From: an uncultured Holophaga sp.
Lineage (GTDB): Bacteria > Acidobacteriota > Holophagae > Holophagales > Holophagaceae
Direction of reading: 5' to 3'
NCBI GenBank assembly: GCA_963664825.1
Contig: OY761614.1
Location: 3,168,001 to 3,232,000, forward strand
Length of the DNA: 64,000 nucleotides
Of this stretch, positions 58,998 through 64,000 are shown one piece after another (positions within the stretch are counted from its first letter, which is position 1; each line of letters starts with the position of its first letter). The position numbers were made by a program, and so were the translations under genes. The notes under the pieces were generated by a model. That model searched no databases. It worked only from the letters and a program-made list of their open reading frames with translations, and was not told where the DNA came from.

Positions 58998-59219
58998 TCA
59001 GACGCTCCAGTGGTTCGAAGGCGGCGCGGGGAAGCTCCGGCTCTTCCGGCCACGGGCCAACAGCTCGCTAAGCAGGACCTTGAGCCCCATGTCCACGGAG
59101 ATGCGAAGGGCCTCGTCCCGGTCACAGGGATATCCGGGCTCGACCTCCCGGAGCAGGAGCAGGAGCGCGTCCAGGCGGTCGAGGGTGCGCTGGTCCAACT
59201 GGACGCCGACGTTTCCCAT
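58998..59219 (-). CDS. Small hypothetical protein, ribbon-helix-helix-like
   Basis: ATG at 59219 preceded by AAGGGAG; MGNVGVQLDQRTLDRLDAL...RDEALRISVDMGL has a beta-helix-helix pattern. Confidence 0.5.
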   Translation of the reverse strand: MGNVGVQLDQRTLDRLDALLLLLREVEPGYPCDRDEALRISVDMGLKVLLSELLARGRKSRSFPAPPSNHWSV

Positions 59220-59331
59220 GGAACTCCCTTCCCCCGGATCGCACCAGGCTTCTGGGGATACGGAATAGGTGGCGTCGAGTTTAGCAATGTTCCCGAAAAG
59301 GGCCACTGGATTGAAGGCCCTTATGAAAAAA

Positions 59332-60714
59332 TCAGGCTCCTCCCAGGGCCATCTCCTCCAGGAGGATCGAAAGCCCGGCCTGGCTTCCATACCAGCGCAG
59401 ATCATTGCCCAGGGCCACGATGCGCGTGATGAAATCCCGCAGATTGCCTGCGAAGGTGAGGCGGTCCACGGCCTCGCAGAGGACCCCGTCGCGGATCCGA
59501 AGGCCCGAGGCGCCCACGCTGAGGTCCCCCGAGACCGGATCCACCGTATGCAGGCCCATGATCTCCGTGATGAGAACGCCGCCCTCGGCCAGGCGGTAGA
59601 GGGCTTCCACACTCTGGCTCCCGGCCTCGGGGAAGAGATTGAAGGTCGTCACACCGGGATTGCTGCCCATGCCCCTGCCGGCGCTGGCCGTGGGCGCACA
59701 TCCCATCTCGGCGGACGTCTTCAGGGTGTGGAGGTAGGTCTTGAGCACACCCTTTTCCAGCAGCACATTGCGCCGTGTGGGCAGGCCCTCGCCATCCCAG
59801 GGTTCAGAGCCCAGGCCCGCGCGCCCATCGGGGAAGACCAGGCGACCATCATCGATGAGGGTGAGCAGGGGGGAGGCGATGGGCTGTCCCAGTTTGCCCG
59901 CGAAGAGGCTCCGCTCCTTGAGCACGGCCTCGGCCGAGAGCATGCCGGCGATGAGCCCCAGCAGATCCACGGCCACTTCCGGGTGCAGCACCACGGGATA
60001 CTTCCCGGAGGGCAGGGCCTTGGGGTTGAGCTTGCGCTCGCCCTTTTCTGCGGCCTCCCTTCCGATGGCGGCCAGATCGAGGGCCCCAGGGTGGCGCCCC
60101 ACGTCCCAGTGCCAGGCGGCCTGGCGATCTTCGCCATCCTGCACGGCCAGTTCGATGGAGGCCGAACAGGAGCTTCCCAGATCGGTGGCCCTCACTCCCT
60201 TTTGCGTGAGGAGCAGGGTGGCGCCCGCCCCATCGGCCCAGGCCGATTCCCGGATGGCGGAGACCTTCGAGGAAGCCTTCCGAGCCTCGGTTTCCAGCGC
60301 AAGGGCTCGCGCGATGCGCTCCTCGGGGCTCAGGGCCTCGGCCCGTGCATCGTAGCGGATGGGCAGGTCATCGGCACCCGAGGGTTCCGCCTGGCGCTGC
60401 CAGGGATCCTCGTCCCCCAGGGCTGATATCTCCCAGGCCTGGCGGAAGAGGTCGTTGAAATTTTCCCGGGAGAGATCGGTGGTGGTGGCGATGCCCGTGC
60501 GACCGCCCCGCAGGACGCGCACACCCAGGCCTCCGCGCTTGCTGGTGCTGAGGTCCTCCAGGGCGCCATTCTGGACCTTGGCCTTGCGGCTCCGGGAAAC
60601 GGAGACGAAGGCTTCGGCCCCATCGGCCCCCATCTGGCAGGCGTGGCGGAGGGCATCCTGGAGGCGCTGTTCCAGGGGTTCGGAGATGAAGGAGCGGAAG
60701 ACGGATTCGGACAT
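59332..60714 (-). CDS. pmbA: PmbA/TldE subunit of the TldDE protease
   Basis: GLGVRV, WDGEGLP, TFNL, VSGDLSVGASG, TFAGNL; lacks HExxH. Confidence 0.9.
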   Translation of the reverse strand: MSESVFRSFISEPLEQRLQDALRHACQMGADGAEAFVSVSRSRKAKVQNGALEDLSTSKRGGLGVRVLRGGRTGIATTTDLSRENFNDLFRQAWEISALGDEDPWQRQAEPSGADDLPIRYDARAEALSPEERIARALALETEARKASSKVSAIRESAWADGAGATLLLTQKGVRATDLGSSCSASIELAVQDGEDRQAAWHWDVGRHPGALDLAAIGREAAEKGERKLNPKALPSGKYPVVLHPEVAVDLLGLIAGMLSAEAVLKERSLFAGKLGQPIASPLLTLIDDGRLVFPDGRAGLGSEPWDGEGLPTRRNVLLEKGVLKTYLHTLKTSAEMGCAPTASAGRGMGSNPGVTTFNLFPEAGSQSVEALYRLAEGGVLITEIMGLHTVDPVSGDLSVGASGLRIRDGVLCEAVDRLTFAGNLRDFITRIVALGNDLRWYGSQAGLSILLEEMALGGA

Positions 60715-61235
60715 CAGGGCAGGGCCTCGCGAAGGCCTTTCTGGTAGGCCTGATAGGTGGTGGCGTCGAAGCAGACCAGGAAGACCTTCTCGAGGATGGG
60801 GTTCTTCTGGAGGAAGGCCAGGATGCTCCGGATGGCGATGGGGGCCGCCACGTCCAAAGGGATCTGGGGCTGGCGCCCACTGCCCAGGCTGGGGAAGGCG
60901 AGAGTACGCATCCCCTGTTTCTGGGCGAGCATCAAGGCCTGGGTATAGCAGGCCGCCAGGATCTCGGGTTCCCCGTGGGCGCCGTCCATCCAGGTGGGGG
61001 CCACCGTGTGGATGACGGACTGGGCCCGGAGCTGGTAGCCCGGCGTGAGCCGCACCTCGCCAGGCTCGCAGCCTTCCAGCTTCGCGCAGGCCTGGGCCAG
61101 GGCGGGACCAGCCGCGGCGTGGACGGCCTTGTGGACAGGGCCGCCATCCAGCAGCGTGGTGTCCGTGGAATTCACCAGGGCATCGACCTCCATGGCGGTG
61201 ATATCGCCGAGTTGGAGCTGGATTCGGGAAGTCAT
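60714..61235 (-). CDS. Macro domain protein with a degenerate active site
   Basis: GDIT..VDALVN, AAAGPAL..C, TPGYQL.A..VIHTVAP, AFPSLGSG. Confidence 0.85.
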   Translation of the reverse strand: MTSRIQLQLGDITAMEVDALVNSTDTTLLDGGPVHKAVHAAAGPALAQACAKLEGCEPGEVRLTPGYQLRAQSVIHTVAPTWMDGAHGEPEILAACYTQALMLAQKQGMRTLAFPSLGSGRQPQIPLDVAAPIAIRSILAFLQKNPILEKVFLVCFDATTYQAYQKGLREALP

Positions 61236-61269
61236 GGCTGATCCTCTGGGAGGGAAGGGCGAATGTCCA

Positions 61270-63351
61270 TCAGATCACGCTGGGGAGGGCTTCGGCCGTG
61301 CCCCCCACCACCAGTGCCGGGCACAGGATGGTCGGCAATGCGTCGGAGACGGGCACCCCCTGGCCGTCCTTGCCGCAGGTGCCGATATCGAAGTGGTGCA
61401 GATCCGAGCCGATCCGGTGGAGCTGTTTCAGCACCTCGGGCCCGCAGCCGCTGAGGGTGGCGTTCTTCACGGGGTACTGGACCTCGCCCTTCTCGACCCA
61501 GAAGCCTTCGGTCACCTGGAAGACGAAATTGCCCGTCACCGTATCCACCTGGCCGCCCCCCATGTGGGTCACCAGCAGGCCGCGGTCCAGGCTCTGCAGG
61601 ATCGCTTCGGGCGTTTCATGGCCTGGCGCCAGGAAGGTATTCCGCATGCGGGGGATGGGCAGGTGGCGATAGCTCTCCCGGCGCCCGCTGCCCGTGGGTT
61701 CAACCCCCATGCGGCGGGCCGTCTTGCGGGACTGGAGGTAGCGCTTCAGGATGCCATTCTCGATGAGGACCACCCGCTGGGAGGGTTGACCCTCGTCGTC
61801 CACCGCCGCGCTGCCCCGTCGGTGGGGCAGGGTGCCGTCATCGATGATGGTCACACCTTCACTTGCCACCCGCTGCCCCAGCTTGCCGGCGAAGGCGCTC
61901 ATGCCCGCCAGGGCGAGATCGGCTTCCAGGCCGTGGCCGCAGGCCTCGTGGATCATGGTGCCCCCTGCGCTGCTGGCGAGGATCACCGGAAAGGTGCCCG
62001 CGGGGGCGGGACAGGCCGAGAGGGCCTGGATGGCAAGCCTCACGGCCTCTTCCACCGTGTGGGCCACGGCTTCTTTCGTGAAGAGCTCGAAGCCCCGACT
62101 CTCCCCCAGGGCCTGGTAGCCCGTCTGAAGCTGCTCCCCGGCCCCCGCTGTGACATTGAGGCGGAAGACGCTCTGCACGCGGCAATCCTCCACGCGTTCC
62201 GTGCGCCAGGCCCCTTCCTTGCGCTCCGCCGAAGCGATCCAGATGCGCTGGGTGCTATCCCCATAGCCCACGGCCACCTGGCGGATGGCCCCTGGCAGCA
62301 GGGATTCCCCGCGACTCCGAGCCAGGGCCTCGGCGCCCTTCACCAGGGCCACCTTCTCGCTCAAGGGCACCTCGGCGGGATCCCGCTCGATGGGGCTCGG
62401 CGTAGGATAATGGAAGGCATCCAGTTCGGGTAGGAGCGCCGCGGGAGCCGCGCCGGGAGCGGCCAGCATCCGGGCGGCCTCCAATAGTTCGGGCAGGGAA
62501 GGAGCGATGAGATCGGCGAAGCGGGTGGTCTCCCCTTCCATGAGGCGCAGGCTGGCGCCGAAGGTCTCGCTGGAGAGCACGTCCTCCATGCGGCCATCGT
62601 CCATGCCCAATCCACAGGCCCGGCGCTGTTCCACGAAGAGTTCGGCGTAGTCCCCGCCTTTGGAAAGCAGGGTCTCGAGCACTTCGTGGAATTCTTGGGG
62701 CCGGAATGGGGCAGGCATGGGGGCCCTCCAGATGCGGCCGCGCCGCAGCCTCCAGTCTGACAGAAGCCGGGCCTCGGCCTCCCTCAGGAAGTCCGTAAGA
62801 TCCCGGCCATCGTTGAGGATGAGGAGATCTCCATGCAGGGCCTTCTCGGCGGAGGTGGACTGGGCCTGGAGGCGGGTACGGACCTGGGCTGCTCCCAGGC
62901 CGTCCCGAGAGAGGACCCGTTGGATGCGCAAGGGCTCCGGCGCCTCCACGACCCAGAGGGCGTCGAAGTGGTGGCCCTTCCCCCCCTCGATCCAGAGGGC
63001 CGCGTCCAGGATGGCGCCCTTCGTCTCTCGTGGCAGCGCCGCCAGCCGGCTCGCGATGCGGGCCTCGATCCTGGGGTGGAGGAGGGCCTCCAGGCGCGCG
63101 CGCAGGGCGGGTTCCCCGAAGGCGCAGGCGCCTAAGGCGGCGCGATCCAGTGTGCCATCGGCGGCTAGGATTTCTGCACCGAAGGTCTGGACCAGGGCTT
63201 GGAGCCCCTCCGTGCACGGCGCCACCACCTCCCGGGCCACCTGATCGGCGTCGATGACGACCCAGCCCCGCTGGGCCATGAATCGAGCGATGAAGCTCTT
63301 GCCGGAGGCGATGCCCCCCGTGAGGCCGAGGATGGGGAAGGGATGGTCCAT
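61270..63351 (-). CDS. coaE-tldD: In-frame fusion of dephospho-CoA kinase (CoaE, N-terminal) and TldD metalloprotease (C-terminal)
   Basis: GLTGGIASGKS, DAD..AREVV, LDRAALG, LEALLHP; no stop before GGDYAELFVE..HEACGHGLEAD..DDEG..PRMRNTF..GGGQV..GTCGKDGQ.VPVS. Internal GGAGG-6nt-ATG at 62718. Confidence 0.88.
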   Translation of the reverse strand: MDHPFPILGLTGGIASGKSFIARFMAQRGWVVIDADQVAREVVAPCTEGLQALVQTFGAEILAADGTLDRAALGACAFGEPALRARLEALLHPRIEARIASRLAALPRETKGAILDAALWIEGGKGHHFDALWVVEAPEPLRIQRVLSRDGLGAAQVRTRLQAQSTSAEKALHGDLLILNDGRDLTDFLREAEARLLSDWRLRRGRIWRAPMPAPFRPQEFHEVLETLLSKGGDYAELFVEQRRACGLGMDDGRMEDVLSSETFGASLRLMEGETTRFADLIAPSLPELLEAARMLAAPGAAPAALLPELDAFHYPTPSPIERDPAEVPLSEKVALVKGAEALARSRGESLLPGAIRQVAVGYGDSTQRIWIASAERKEGAWRTERVEDCRVQSVFRLNVTAGAGEQLQTGYQALGESRGFELFTKEAVAHTVEEAVRLAIQALSACPAPAGTFPVILASSAGGTMIHEACGHGLEADLALAGMSAFAGKLGQRVASEGVTIIDDGTLPHRRGSAAVDDEGQPSQRVVLIENGILKRYLQSRKTARRMGVEPTGSGRRESYRHLPIPRMRNTFLAPGHETPEAILQSLDRGLLVTHMGGGQVDTVTGNFVFQVTEGFWVEKGEVQYPVKNATLSGCGPEVLKQLHRIGSDLHHFDIGTCGKDGQGVPVSDALPTILCPALVVGGTAEALPSVI

Positions 63352-63385
63352 GGGGAAAGGATACGGCCCCGTTCCACACCCTTCC

Positions 63386-63418
63386 AAAATGAAATCGCGC
63401 CCTGGGGCGCGATTTCAT
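63386..63418 (-). terminator. Intrinsic terminator after the sdhB/frdB gene
   Basis: 13-bp stem ATGAAATCGCGCC/GGCGCGATTTCAT followed by TTT on the minus strand. Confidence 0.7.
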
Positions 63419-63446
63419 GGGCTTGAGTCGGGATCAGGTTGGCGTG

Positions 63447-64000
63447 CTAGGACCTATTGGTCAGGCTCGCCCAGATGAAGTCCCTGTTCATGCGGGCGAT
63501 ATTCTCGAGTTTGATGGACTTGGGGCAGGCGGCTTCGCATTCGCCGTGGTTGGTGCAGGTGCCGAATTCCTCCTTGTCCATCTGGGCGACCATGTCCTTG
63601 ACCCGGGTGTAGCGCTCGGGCTGGCCCTGGGGCAGGAGGGCCAACTGGCTGATCTTGGCCGAGACGAAGAGCATGGCGCTGGCATTGGGACATGCCGCCA
63701 CGCAGGCCCCGCATCCGATGCAGGCGGCGGCGTCCATGGCCAAGTCAGCGCAGGTCTTCTTCACGGGGATGGCGTTGCCATCCGGGGCCGATCCCGTCGG
63801 GACGCTGACGAAGCCACCCGCGGCGATGATGCGGTCGAAGGCGCCCCGGTCCACGATCAGGTCCTTGATCACCGGGAAGGCCTTGCCCCGGAAGGGCTCG
63901 ATGGTGATCGTATCGCCGTTTTGGAAACTGCGCATGTGGAGCTGGCAGGTGGTGGTGCGCTGCCGGGGGCCGTGGGGCCTGCCGTTGATGACCAGGCCGC
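63447..64000 (-). CDS. sdhB: Succinate dehydrogenase/fumarate reductase iron-sulfur subunit, 5' end outside the window
   Basis: [45 protein letters not shown]. Confidence 0.9.
   Translation of the reverse strand, partial: GLVINGRPHGPRQRTTTCQLHMRSFQNGDTITIEPFRGKAFPVIKDLIVDRGAFDRIIAAGGFVSVPTGSAPDGNAIPVKKTCADLAMDAAACIGCGACVAACPNASAMLFVSAKISQLALLPQGQPERYTRVKDMVAQMDKEEFGTCTNHGECEAACPKSIKLENIARMNRDFIWASLTNRS

Overview
GC-rich, gene-dense bacterial chromosomal window. Gene content and protein style suggest an anaerobic or facultative organism, possibly Holophagae/Acidobacteriota (inference, not verified). The main feature is a complete lysine-degradation pathway split over two loci: kal-bcd-etfB-etfA (5.5-8.9 kb) and kdd-kat-kce-kamA-kamB-kamC-kamD-kamE-atoD-atoA-thiolase (34.9-47.1 kb). 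The two loci encode both known routes from 3-aminobutyryl-CoA, the ammonia lyase and the transaminase. Other content: recCBD, a TetR-regulated HlyD/ABC-2 exporter with two visible operators, mqnE, rpoZ, coaBC, lipA, dtd, pcm, rpe, a split methylmalonyl-CoA mutase, an orphan FtsW/RodA, a low-GC MCP gene, and a complete IS4 element with terminal repeats and target duplication. The most unusual items are an in-frame CoaE-TldD fusion followed by a degenerate macrodomain and PmbA/TldE; an FHA-GAF-receiver-HisKA protein with a probable CTG start; a split PBP-like plus SpoIID module; a -1-frame tail on the IS4 transposase; and a multi-hairpin element upstream of the B12 mutase.
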